This document shows, piece after piece, positions 7,993 through 15,560 of a stretch of 24,259 nt of DNA (its first letter is position 1; the number at the start of each line of letters is the position of its first letter). The DNA is from a virus (lineage: Duplodnaviria; Caudoviricetes): positions 1 through 24,259 of the IMG/VR virus record IMGVR_UViG_3300008255_000462; one strand, 5' to 3'. Under the pieces are notes generated by a model. The model did not search any database. It was given only the letters and a program-made list of their open reading frames with translations, and was not told where the DNA came from. A program made the position numbers and the translations under genes.

Positions 7993-8195
7993 TCTTTTTC
8001 CCTAATTGGTGGAGGGTTCATCTTATAGATGCTTTCCTCTGACACCTTCATTGTGGCTATTTTTCCATTCTGGGCAGAGAAAATCAATGTTACAGTACCC
8101 CATCTTCGATCAATTAGTTTATCCAATGACTCAGCAACAAGCCTATTAGCCTGTATTAATTCTGGATTTGTCTTTAATTTATCTTGAATAGGCAT
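7989..8195 (-). CDS. Small protein resembling DUF2292/YezD; candidate RNA-binding antiterminator
   Basis: 68 aa with a helix followed by RWGTVTLIFSAQNGKIATMKVSEESIYK, similar by eye to the (F/Y)GSVxIxV..xGKVxxI pattern. It sits directly upstream of a promoter/attenuator. The ORF is solid; the family call is tentative. Confidence 0.55.
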   Translation of the reverse strand: MPIQDKLKTNPELIQANRLVAESLDKLIDRRWGTVTLIFSAQNGKIATMKVSEESIYKMNPPPIREKD

Positions 8196-9040
8196 TAAAA
8201 GTATTCTCCTATGCTCATTCCTTTATCTCTCATAATGTCATTAACTCCGCCTGTTTGTTCAGATCCACCAACAATAGGAGCTAGTTCTAGGAAGTTAGTA
8301 AGTAAGTATTCCATTGAGTCAAAGATATTATCATAATAGTTATCTTTCAGTGGTTCTTCTTTTAGTGGCTGGCCCTGCTTCTCTTCTGGGAATCTATATC
8401 CACCCTTAAATCCATTAATGATTCTCTTACAATCTGGATGGATTAATAACCCAACCTTACCATCATTTCTTCTCAACAATCTCTGTCGAACAATTTCTAG
8501 TTTCTCCTGGATATTACTTGGCTTACTAGTTGGATATATTCCTAATGAATTAAGAACCTCAACACTTGTAAACTCACTCTTATCAGTCTTTTGATGGCCA
8601 GCTGGATCGCAAGCATCTAGCCATTTAGCATTAGGGAACTCATTATTGCTAATATTCAGAACTCTAGTTCCAAAGTCTTTAATACCTTCATCTTCTCCTA
8701 GGATCTCACGTCTAACTAAGAACTGGTCCTCTTCATTCATCCATCCAATAGTAACTGCTGGCCTATGATAGCCAAAGTCCCAACCACGATATACAAACTT
8801 AGTAGGCATTGGTTCAAAATCAAAGTTAGCTATATGAAGATCTTCTTTAAACATCTCAAAGACTGGCTTACCTTCAAATGTATCGTAGTCTATTTCATAC
8901 TCACGATTCCAAGATCTATCAGAGATACCACGCTTGGCATTTTCTATCCATTCTTTATTGTTCTTATCAGGATCAACAGAATAGTGTAGTCGTAATACAC
9001 AAAACTTATTCTTGGGATTCCAGCGTGGTTTAAGAATCAT
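8195..9040 (-). CDS. terL: Terminase large subunit, C-terminal part (lid + RNase H-like nuclease)
   Basis: LHYSVDPDK, WNREYEIDY..FEGKPVF, YRGWDFGYHRPA, ACDPAGHQ and KDNYYDNIFDSMEY. Confidence 0.85.
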   Translation of the reverse strand: MILKPRWNPKNKFCVLRLHYSVDPDKNNKEWIENAKRGISDRSWNREYEIDYDTFEGKPVFEMFKEDLHIANFDFEPMPTKFVYRGWDFGYHRPAVTIGWMNEEDQFLVRREILGEDEGIKDFGTRVLNISNNEFPNAKWLDACDPAGHQKTDKSEFTSVEVLNSLGIYPTSKPSNIQEKLEIVRQRLLRRNDGKVGLLIHPDCKRIINGFKGGYRFPEEKQGQPLKEEPLKDNYYDNIFDSMEYLLTNFLELAPIVGGSEQTGGVNDIMRDKGMSIGEYF

Positions 9041-9249
9041 ATGTTCTCCTCGAATATCTTCTTGATTTTATCCACATTAACATCAATACCTTTATCTTCA
9101 GCATTTAAGAACTCACAAGCATTCTCATACTTTGATTCAATCTCTCCAGCCATCATCCCCCTAATAACTTCAATTGGTATAGAATATCTAGCTCCATTTG
9201 GAGTTTCTATTTTCACGTGGTATTTATCTTTAATTACTTTAAGTTTCAT
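9037..9249 (-). CDS. Hypothetical 70 aa protein inserted between the two TerL halves
   Basis: Likely start is ATG 9249 (MKLKVIKDKY), overlapping the ATPase gene end. It ends with an ATGA overlap onto the nuclease gene. Confidence 0.65.
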   Translation of the reverse strand: MKLKVIKDKYHVKIETPNGARYSIPIEVIRGMMAGEIESKYENACEFLNAEDKGIDVNVDKIKKIFEENI

Positions 9250-9904
9250 CGTAGACCGTTCTCCAAAACCACTCTCTTCCATTTGGTGTACTTAGAGCCA
9301 TAAACTTACCACCACCAATTAGTGATGGTTGGGATGCTTCAAATACCTTCTCAGCCTTATCCTGGAACGAAGCTTCGTCAAGAATAATCAGTGAAGAGGT
9401 ATAAGAACGAACCTGGTCTGGACCTTGAGGAATACCTTGGATGATAGAACTTCTCTTAGACCATTTCATCTCCAGATATTTATCTGGATCTCTGTTATAT
9501 CTCTCTTTCATTTGTTCTGGTAATCTCTCATAGATAATCTTACATCTATCAATAAGAGCATTGGCATCCTTCTCTTTCTTACTCATTAAGAAGGTTCTTC
9601 TTCCCTCTTTAAACATTGTATCCCAAAGAGCAATTGCACAAGCAATCCATGAGGCCATCATCTGTCTAGTTTTCTCAATAACAATTAAGTCCTCAGTCAT
9701 GAAAATATCACAAATGTCTCTGATATATTCCTTCTCTGGAATTAAATTAAATGGAGATTCTAATCCTTTGCTCTTCCAGTGTTCATCCTGGGTATAGCAA
9801 AAACGTGTTAGAAAGAAGTAGGGATCACGAATAGCACGATCAATCTCTATTCGTGTAGTAAGTTTTCCAGCTTGTTTGATTAATTGGCTTAATGTATCCG
9901 TCAT
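9239..9904 (-). CDS. terL: Terminase large subunit, N-terminal ATPase part
   Basis: DPYFFLTRFCYT, IVIEKTRQMMASW (Walker A variant), MSKKEKDA, LIILDEASF (Walker B) and LSTPNG (motif III). Confidence 0.88.
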   Translation of the reverse strand: MTDTLSQLIKQAGKLTTRIEIDRAIRDPYFFLTRFCYTQDEHWKSKGLESPFNLIPEKEYIRDICDIFMTEDLIVIEKTRQMMASWIACAIALWDTMFKEGRRTFLMSKKEKDANALIDRCKIIYERLPEQMKERYNRDPDKYLEMKWSKRSSIIQGIPQGPDQVRSYTSSLIILDEASFQDKAEKVFEASQPSLIGGGKFMALSTPNGREWFWRTVYDET

Positions 9905-10278
9905 CCCATTACCTTATCGCTTTGATACATCTTACCACCTCGTTCAACATTATACTTAATTCCCTTCTTACCTCTCAAAACAGTTCCATCTTCTGTAACA
10001 GCTCTAGATCTAATATCAGCTAAGTGAGCTCGACTAATCTTTCTCTCTTGTGTTCCATCCCAATAATGAACCATGTCTCCTGTTGAGTATGATTCATTCT
10101 TTGGTTTAGCCATCTTCTGACGTCTTAAAAAATAGCCACCATCAATAAACTGGTAGCTAACATAGAAAGCTGTATAGTGATTTGGATTAGTACATTTAGC
10201 AAGCCAGAGATTATTCCTAATCTTCTCATAAGATAATTCAAATATCTTTCCAATTGAATAACAGGATTTACAAATCAT
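9901..10278 (-). CDS. Hypothetical protein with an N-terminal CxxC...CxxxxH Zn ribbon
   Basis: 125 aa; CKSC and CTNPNH; ATGA coupling to TerL. Confidence 0.7.
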   Translation of the reverse strand: MICKSCYSIGKIFELSYEKIRNNLWLAKCTNPNHYTAFYVSYQFIDGGYFLRRQKMAKPKNESYSTGDMVHYWDGTQERKISRAHLADIRSRAVTEDGTVLRGKKGIKYNVERGGKMYQSDKVMG

Positions 10279-10279
10279 T

Positions 10280-10522
10280 TTATTCCCAAGGTTCTTTTAA
10301 CTTAGAGCCCCTATATTCTTCTATAAATTCTATTTGTTTAATTGTATGGTCGACATAAGCATTAACTTCATCTTCAGTCGGTTTCTTGCTTCTTCTCTTT
10401 TGTCTGAACTTACTAACAGACTTTCTGTTTCTAACCAAAACACATTTGGAACAGAACATTTTGTTTTTTCTTTCAGCTTTAAACTCTTTTCCGCATTGTT
10501 CACACTCGTTATTTATCTTCAT
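10280..10522 (-). CDS. Basic Zn-finger protein
   Basis: CEQCGKEF...FCSKC followed by an Arg/Lys-rich helix. Confidence 0.75.
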   Translation of the reverse strand: MKINNECEQCGKEFKAERKNKMFCSKCVLVRNRKSVSKFRQKRRSKKPTEDEVNAYVDHTIKQIEFIEEYRGSKLKEPWE

Positions 10523-10937
10523 CCTGTAGCTTCTTTATTCTTTCAAGAATATTACTCAACTCCTCTTCAGGTGAATCACCCATATCATTTACATCAACAT
10601 CTAGATTAGTATTCTTATTCTCTGTACTAACCTTATCTGAGTATCCATGATTAGCTAACATCAGCTTAGAAATATTAGAATTATATTGACCTTTCAAAGC
10701 TTTTTGCCAGACCTCATTCTCTTGAAACATCATCATTAAATCATACGAGTCGGAAAAGGCTTGATGTTTCTTTCTCCATTCAAAAACAGTATCTCTATTT
10801 ATCCCGATGAATAGGCCTAATCCAGCAGACGTAGGAACTTCCTCACCGTCAATACAAGCTTGGATATATTCCACTAGTTTTAGTGGCATATCATCTTCAT
10901 ATTTAGTTGGTCTACCGCCTATATCTGGGAACTTCAT
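10509..10937 (-). CDS. terS: Terminase small subunit (P22 gp3-like DNA-packaging protein)
   Basis: GGRPTKY, PTSAGLGLFIGINRDTVFEWRKKH..FSD (HTH) and ALKGQYNSNISKLMLANHGYSDK. Confidence 0.85.
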   Translation of the reverse strand: MKFPDIGGRPTKYEDDMPLKLVEYIQACIDGEEVPTSAGLGLFIGINRDTVFEWRKKHQAFSDSYDLMMMFQENEVWQKALKGQYNSNISKLMLANHGYSDKVSTENKNTNLDVDVNDMGDSPEEELSNILERIKKLQDEDK

Positions 10938-10938
10938 T

Positions 10939-11079
10939 CTATTGACTTTCTACCTCATATGCGATGTATGTATTAGCTACAAATGCTATAAACAATATAA
11001 AAGCTAAATCGCTACCAGTATTGGCTAGATATACTAGCTCATATATACTAAGTAATCCAAATGCTATTGTTGCTATCAT
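10939..11079 (-). CDS. 46 aa two-TM membrane protein (not in the track)
   Basis: MIATIAFGLLSIYELVYLANTGSDLAFILFIAFVANTYIAYEVESQ*; ATGA coupling upstream. Confidence 0.6.
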   Translation of the reverse strand: MIATIAFGLLSIYELVYLANTGSDLAFILFIAFVANTYIAYEVESQ

Positions 11080-11180
11080 TCTTTCCCTTGGTTTATATAA
11101 TCTATAATTTCATTAATCTTAATCTCAGCCATGTCTTTAGGAAGTTCTATCTTCTCTATTTTAATCATTATCTTTTTCAT
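11076..11180 (-). CDS. 34 aa hypothetical protein (not in the track)
   Basis: MKKIMIKIEKIELPKDMAEIKINEIIDYINQGKE*; SD GGAGG; TAATG coupling. Confidence 0.65.
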   Translation of the reverse strand: MKKIMIKIEKIELPKDMAEIKINEIIDYINQGKE

Positions 11181-11359
11181 TACCATACCTCCCTAAATAC
11201 TTCCTTACCTTCTTCACTTAAATATCTATCATCAACGTATGTAATTATCTCACCTGTTAAAGCCATTTTTAATGCAAGAATAAACCTATTAGTAATAACA
11301 GCTCTAACTGGCATAGCGTGGTAAGATGATTTTTCAGTAATTGATTTACATTCTGTCAT
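11180..11359 (-). CDS. 59 aa hypothetical protein (not in the track)
   Basis: MTECKSITEKSSYHAMPVRAVITNRFILALKMALTGEIITYVDDRYLSEEGKEVFREVW*; coupled at both ends. Confidence 0.65.
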   Translation of the reverse strand: MTECKSITEKSSYHAMPVRAVITNRFILALKMALTGEIITYVDDRYLSEEGKEVFREVW

Positions 11360-11520
11360 AATTTCTTTCCATGATGATTATTTTTATTTAATCCATGCTT
11401 TCTACAAAACTTACCAACATTTTCTTGACATACTCCAATTTCAAGAGAAATATCAAAATAAGACATAGGTCGTTTTCTACTTCTTAATTCAATAATCTTT
11501 TTTTCATCTTCTCTATCCAT
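11356..11520 (-). CDS. 54 aa helix-turn-helix protein (not in the track)
   Basis: MDREDEKKIIELRSRKRPMSYFDISLEIGVCQENVGKFCRKHGL...; SD AAGGAG. Confidence 0.7.
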   Translation of the reverse strand: MDREDEKKIIELRSRKRPMSYFDISLEIGVCQENVGKFCRKHGLNKNNHHGKKL

Positions 11521-11623
11521 TTTTAATATTCTCCTTTATCAAAAAAATCATGGACTTTAATTGAGATAATATTGTCTTATAAGTAAGTTTAATAATCATT
11601 TTAATATATTTAATATCAGCCAT
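11513..11623 (-). CDS. 36 aa hypothetical protein (not in the track)
   Basis: MADIKYIKMIIKLTYKTILSQLKSMIFLIKENIKNG*; TAATG coupling; fills the gap between neighbours. Confidence 0.45.
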   Translation of the reverse strand: MADIKYIKMIIKLTYKTILSQLKSMIFLIKENIKNG

Positions 11624-11964
11624 TATTCTAATTTCCCTTTAATAAAGTCTATTAGCTTTTCCATCTTCATTCTATAAAAGACTTCAAAGTCTCCAATCTT
11701 ACCCTCTTGCTCCCATAGTATAAATATTACTGCTCTAAGTCTGCTTGATGGTGATCTACCATCATCAATCTTCTCTTTAATTTCTAAAACCTGCTCTGAT
11801 CCATCTTGTGGTTCTAATAATGCATTTACTAGTAGTTTACTTATTTTTCTAAATTCTCCTAGCTCTTCGTCTGTCAAAGATGGAGTAATAGCAGTAAACG
11901 AGATAGAGTCATCTTTCTTAATAGACACTCTATTAATCTGAAGTTCTATCTTGATTGCTTTCAT
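11623..11964 (-). CDS. Phage hypothetical protein
   Basis: 113 aa with C-terminal SPSSRLRAVIFILWEQ...FEVFYRMKMEKLIDFIKGKL, a pattern I recognise from phage proteins of unknown function. Confidence 0.75.
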   Translation of the reverse strand: MKAIKIELQINRVSIKKDDSISFTAITPSLTDEELGEFRKISKLLVNALLEPQDGSEQVLEIKEKIDDGRSPSSRLRAVIFILWEQEGKIGDFEVFYRMKMEKLIDFIKGKLE

Positions 11965-11966
11965 CT

Positions 11967-12164
11967 CTATTTATTCTTTACCTCTAGATATTTAATAAAC
12001 ACCTTCAGATTAGCTATCTGTTGTTCAAGATCTCTCTTGTTCTTCTCAAGGTTTTCATTACCTGGAGCTTCAATTAATCTCTGAATAACAAAACCAAGCA
12101 TGATTTCATTTCTAGCTAAAGCCTCTTGGTTCTCTTCAAGAACCTGTTTTAATATTTTTTTCAT
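11967..12164 (-). CDS. Small coiled-coil protein
   Basis: 65 aa, heptad pattern, SD GAGGTG, ATGA coupling. Confidence 0.7.
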   Translation of the reverse strand: MKKILKQVLEENQEALARNEIMLGFVIQRLIEAPGNENLEKNKRDLEQQIANLKVFIKYLEVKNK

Positions 12165-12493
12165 AGTTTTTTCACCTCTCTGGTGTCTAACTGCTTATTA
12201 CATCTATTACACATAGCTATATAAAAGTGTTTCTTCTCTACGTCTATCTCTAGAGTAGTAATAGGACCAGCACAATCTGGACACTGGCCCTTATATAAAT
12301 AGGTTAATTTAATTGGAGTTTTAACTGGAGTTGAAGTTGAAAGAACTATTTGTCCTGGTTTAGCTTTAAGTTCTTCCTTTTTAAGTGGTTCACTTTTAGC
12401 AATTATATGTTTTTTCACGTGGATTATTAAATCGTCTTTAGAAGCAAATTGTGCTTCACACTTACTACAACCCCAAGATTTATTAATTGGCAT
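12161..12493 (-). CDS. Double Zn-finger protein (classical C2H2 plus C4 ribbon)
   Basis: CSKCEAQFASKDDLIIHVKKH matches C-x2-C-x3-F-x5-L-x2-H-x3-H; also CPDC...CNRC. Confidence 0.8.
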   Translation of the reverse strand: MPINKSWGCSKCEAQFASKDDLIIHVKKHIIAKSEPLKKEELKAKPGQIVLSTSTPVKTPIKLTYLYKGQCPDCAGPITTLEIDVEKKHFYIAMCNRCNKQLDTREVKKL

Positions 12494-12717
12494 TAGATTC
12501 CTTTAAAAATCTCTTCCTTTTTAGTTTTTAGTTCTGGATTTTTTGCTACAACTTCATCATATGCCATCTTTGCACACGTATTAGAACAGAATGAACCTGC
12601 TCCTGCTCCATATTGGACATATAAATTCTTTATTGGTTGAGTTGGTCCAATTATTCTATGACACTTATGGCAAGACACGTTCATTTGTGCTTTTGTTATT
12701 CCTTTAAAATTCATCAT
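12493..12717 (-). CDS. Treble-clef (TRASH/MYM-like) Zn-finger protein
   Basis: CHKC...FCSNTC. Confidence 0.7.
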   Translation of the reverse strand: MMNFKGITKAQMNVSCHKCHRIIGPTQPIKNLYVQYGAGAGSFCSNTCAKMAYDEVVAKNPELKTKKEEIFKGI

Positions 12718-13736
12718 TTTAGTTCCTTTAGAAACTTGTCTATTAATTTAGCTTCTTTTTCAAAATTAACATTTTCTTTAAACCTAGTGTATGAGAGTTG
12801 ACTCATTGTTCCGTTGATTTCTTCTCTATTCCTAACTATACTAGCTAATTCTTTTACTGTCAATCCATCCATAATAATGCTTGATTTATCATCCATAAGT
12901 GTGCCTCCAAGCTTACCTTCGTAGTACCTCTTATTAGCAATTAATGGTCTACCAACAGCGAAGGTATTAAATAAAACATGGCCATACCCATCACCACCTG
13001 GTTTAACATGGAATATCCACCTAGCCTTCTTCATTGACTTAGCCAGGTTGTCTATACCAGTAACACAACCATCTCTGTTTTGAGATCCAAACATCTTAAA
13101 TGTATATTCTGGAAGGGCTTTCTCTAGTTCTAAGAAGTAGTCTAATGCTTCTGGATAGTTCTTCATGACGTTCATATAGCTATGAATCTCTTTACTCTTC
13201 ACTGGTTTCTCATAAGAGAATACATTTGTATCAAACTCCTGGTGATAGAACACACTATGACAAGGAACATTAGAAGGCATAGTGGAGCTCATTAGGTTTG
13301 GGATATCATTTATATTAAAATTAGGGAAGTGATTACCAACTTGAAATACAAACTTAGCACCCTTCATCTCAGCTAGTTTTTTGAATGGTTCTATGTGGTC
13401 TGGAATAGATGCAATGATTACATCAAAGTCCATCTCCATAAAAGTCTTAAACTCTATAGCTTTATGAATCTGTCCAGTGTTTGGATCTCTTGAGTAGTAG
13501 ATTCCGTCTTTAACCCATTGGACCTGATTAAGTGATGGAGTACCATCTGTTGGGGTATATCCATAAGTGGCTAAGTACTGAGCTATAGTGTCAGCCTGTC
13601 TATTAATCTTCCAAAATCCTTTACTAAACCAGTCCTCTCCTATCTGTCTATATACTTCATGGCCTAGTCTGGATTCAAGCGTATAGAGATAGCTACTGTA
13701 TAGTGACGAATGATGAAAGTCAGCTAATATTTTCAT
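12714..13736 (-). CDS. GT-B fold (GT4-like) glycosyltransferase
   Basis: MKILADFHH..LGHEVY, FDVIIAS, IFHVKPGGDGYGHVLFNTFAVGRPLI, and a C-terminal FKENVNF..EAKLIDKFL helix. Confidence 0.8.
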   Translation of the reverse strand: MKILADFHHSSLYSSYLYTLESRLGHEVYRQIGEDWFSKGFWKINRQADTIAQYLATYGYTPTDGTPSLNQVQWVKDGIYYSRDPNTGQIHKAIEFKTFMEMDFDVIIASIPDHIEPFKKLAEMKGAKFVFQVGNHFPNFNINDIPNLMSSTMPSNVPCHSVFYHQEFDTNVFSYEKPVKSKEIHSYMNVMKNYPEALDYFLELEKALPEYTFKMFGSQNRDGCVTGIDNLAKSMKKARWIFHVKPGGDGYGHVLFNTFAVGRPLIANKRYYEGKLGGTLMDDKSSIIMDGLTVKELASIVRNREEINGTMSQLSYTRFKENVNFEKEAKLIDKFLKELK

Positions 13737-14121
13737 TTAATTTTTTAATTACCTTTGCTGGAACACCTCCTACTAATGTATATGGAGGTACATCTTTAGT
13801 AACAACTGCACCAGCACCAACTACAGCGTGTTCTCCGACAGTTACCCCTCCTAATATGATGCATCCAGTAGCTAACCAAGCACCCTCTTTAATTGTGATT
13901 GGTTTTTTTATACTAGATATTCTTCTTTCTTCTCCAAATTTCATTGGATCGTGAGCATTTGTAAGAAGGTATGTCATGTGACCAGTAAAGACATCTTTCT
14001 CAATTACTACCTTCTCACTACAATCTATAACTCCATTAAAAATAACATTGTCTGCTATCTCTGGCTCAATTCCAGCTTCTCTATTAATAAACTCTATTCC
14101 TGGAACTAAGTGTTGACTCAT
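13720..14121 (-). CDS. Hexapeptide-repeat (LbH) sugar acetyltransferase, maltose/galactoside O-acetyltransferase-like
   Basis: LLTNAHD and KPITIKEGAWLATGCIILGGVTVGEHAVVGAGAVVTKDVPPYTLVGGVPAKVIK. Start moved to the coupled ATG at 14121. Confidence 0.9.
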   Translation of the reverse strand: MSQHLVPGIEFINREAGIEPEIADNVIFNGVIDCSEKVVIEKDVFTGHMTYLLTNAHDPMKFGEERRISSIKKPITIKEGAWLATGCIILGGVTVGEHAVVGAGAVVTKDVPPYTLVGGVPAKVIKKLNENIS

Positions 14122-14669
14122 AGATAGACAACTCCACAACCAGTAGCAGTTGGTCCTACTTTATCCTTATAACTAATAGTTTTAGTTTTGTAGTCTTTCT
14201 TAATTAGTTCCCATGCTCTATGTACTTCACAAGTATCATTTCCTCTTATTATTACATCATGAAAAGCAATGATTCCACCTTCTCTAACTAATTCCTTATA
14301 CATCTTAAAATCTTCAAGAACATCATCCAGGTAGTGAGAACCATCTATAAATAAGAAGTCAAAGTATCTCTTCTTATAATCTGAATTAAGAATCTTTTGC
14401 ACGTCTGAAAATACTTCTTTTGATTGGCTTTTACCTTCTATTAAGATAGCCTTTTTAACCTCATTTGCCTCTGGTAATATTTGAGTATCAATCCCAACTA
14501 ATATTTCTGGTTTTAGTGCTTCATCCCAAACCCCAAGAGATCCACCTCGGTGAACACCTATCTCAAGTACATTTTTAATACTTATTTTTTCTAACTCAAT
14601 AAGTAAATCGTTCAATTCTTCATGCTGTTGACTTGGATTACATTTTTCAATTATTTCTTTATATTTCAT
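14118..14669 (-). CDS. Class I SAM-dependent methyltransferase (Methyltransf_24-like; probable sugar O-methyltransferase)
   Basis: VLEIGVHRGGS, VGID, FDFLFIDGSHY..V..DF..Y..LVREGGIIAFHDV. Start moved to ATG 14669 (SD GGAG). Confidence 0.88.
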   Translation of the reverse strand: MKYKEIIEKCNPSQQHEELNDLLIELEKISIKNVLEIGVHRGGSLGVWDEALKPEILVGIDTQILPEANEVKKAILIEGKSQSKEVFSDVQKILNSDYKKRYFDFLFIDGSHYLDDVLEDFKMYKELVREGGIIAFHDVIIRGNDTCEVHRAWELIKKDYKTKTISYKDKVGPTATGCGVVYL

Positions 14670-15348
14670 CACATCTCTCCATTTCTTTTTTCCAATAGTC
14701 ATTCATTGGAGTAACTTCTTTACATAAATCGTTATATTTTTTAAACTCTTCTAGACCAGCATATGGTTTAGGAGCAAAGTAATTGTCTGTTAGACCTCTC
14801 ATATGACTCCAGTCTCTATGTTCTAATAGATCTAAGCTTTCAAGAGTAGCAATATTAATCTTCATTCCCTTTAGTTCTTTACTAACCTCAGAAAAATGAT
14901 CTCTTCCCTGCCCCATTACACTAAAATCTCTCTTAGTCTTTTTAAGAACGTCTTTCTTAACAAACATACATGCTGGATGGAATCTGTTTCCTTCGTTATA
15001 AATAATAACGTCATTATTCTCCATTGCTTTCTTAATAGTGTTGAAAAAATGTGGATAATTATTAATAAAGAAGTCCTGTTCTAGAGATAGAATCCAATCT
15101 CCAACAGAAGCATCTATCATATAATTTGTTGATTGATTACGCCAATCTCCATATTTATCACCCTTATCTTCTACGTCTAAAAAGACAACTCCTGGAATAT
15201 TGGCTCTAAGCCACTTTCTAAGGGGATGATTTCCATGTTGAGTAAAACAAATAATTACTTCATCTACATGTTCCAACAATTCTGGCATATTATTCCTGAA
15301 TAGAGGAAAATCAAACGAGTCTGGCCAACTAATAATTACTGATATCAT
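14659..15348 (-). CDS. Divergent GT-A glycosyltransferase (paralog 3)
   Basis: MISVIISWP, VDEVII, GDWILSLEQDFF, RFHPACMFVKKDVLKKT, RDHF and WSHMRG. Confidence 0.7.
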   Translation of the reverse strand: MISVIISWPDSFDFPLFRNNMPELLEHVDEVIICFTQHGNHPLRKWLRANIPGVVFLDVEDKGDKYGDWRNQSTNYMIDASVGDWILSLEQDFFINNYPHFFNTIKKAMENNDVIIYNEGNRFHPACMFVKKDVLKKTKRDFSVMGQGRDHFSEVSKELKGMKINIATLESLDLLEHRDWSHMRGLTDNYFAPKPYAGLEEFKKYNDLCKEVTPMNDYWKKEMERCDEI

Positions 15349-15560
15349 ATCTTCTCCTTAATATCTTTAGGTTTTACTTTTCTATCTTTAAGTTCTTCTT
15401 TTCTTCCACCAGATAAAAAATCACTAATATTATTTAGAAGTCCAATTGTTAATTTACTAAAAGTGGTCCAAGATGAACCTTTATAGCTTACTATTGTTTT
15501 TTTGCCAACAACCCTAACTTTTAAGTCTAGATTTTTGTCAATCTTCTGTTTGTTTGTCAT
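15345..15560 (-). CDS. Small basic hypothetical protein inside the glycan cluster
   Basis: 71 aa, SD AAGGAGGT, overlaps both neighbours. Confidence 0.65.
   Translation of the reverse strand: MTNKQKIDKNLDLKVRVVGKKTIVSYKGSSWTTFSKLTIGLLNNISDFLSGGRKEELKDRKVKPKDIKEKI

Noticed and set aside
9041-9238. Group I intron or split intein rejoining TerL
   Set aside because: No recognisable intron core or Hint motifs; the interval is filled by a coupled ORF. Not formally excluded without RT-PCR.
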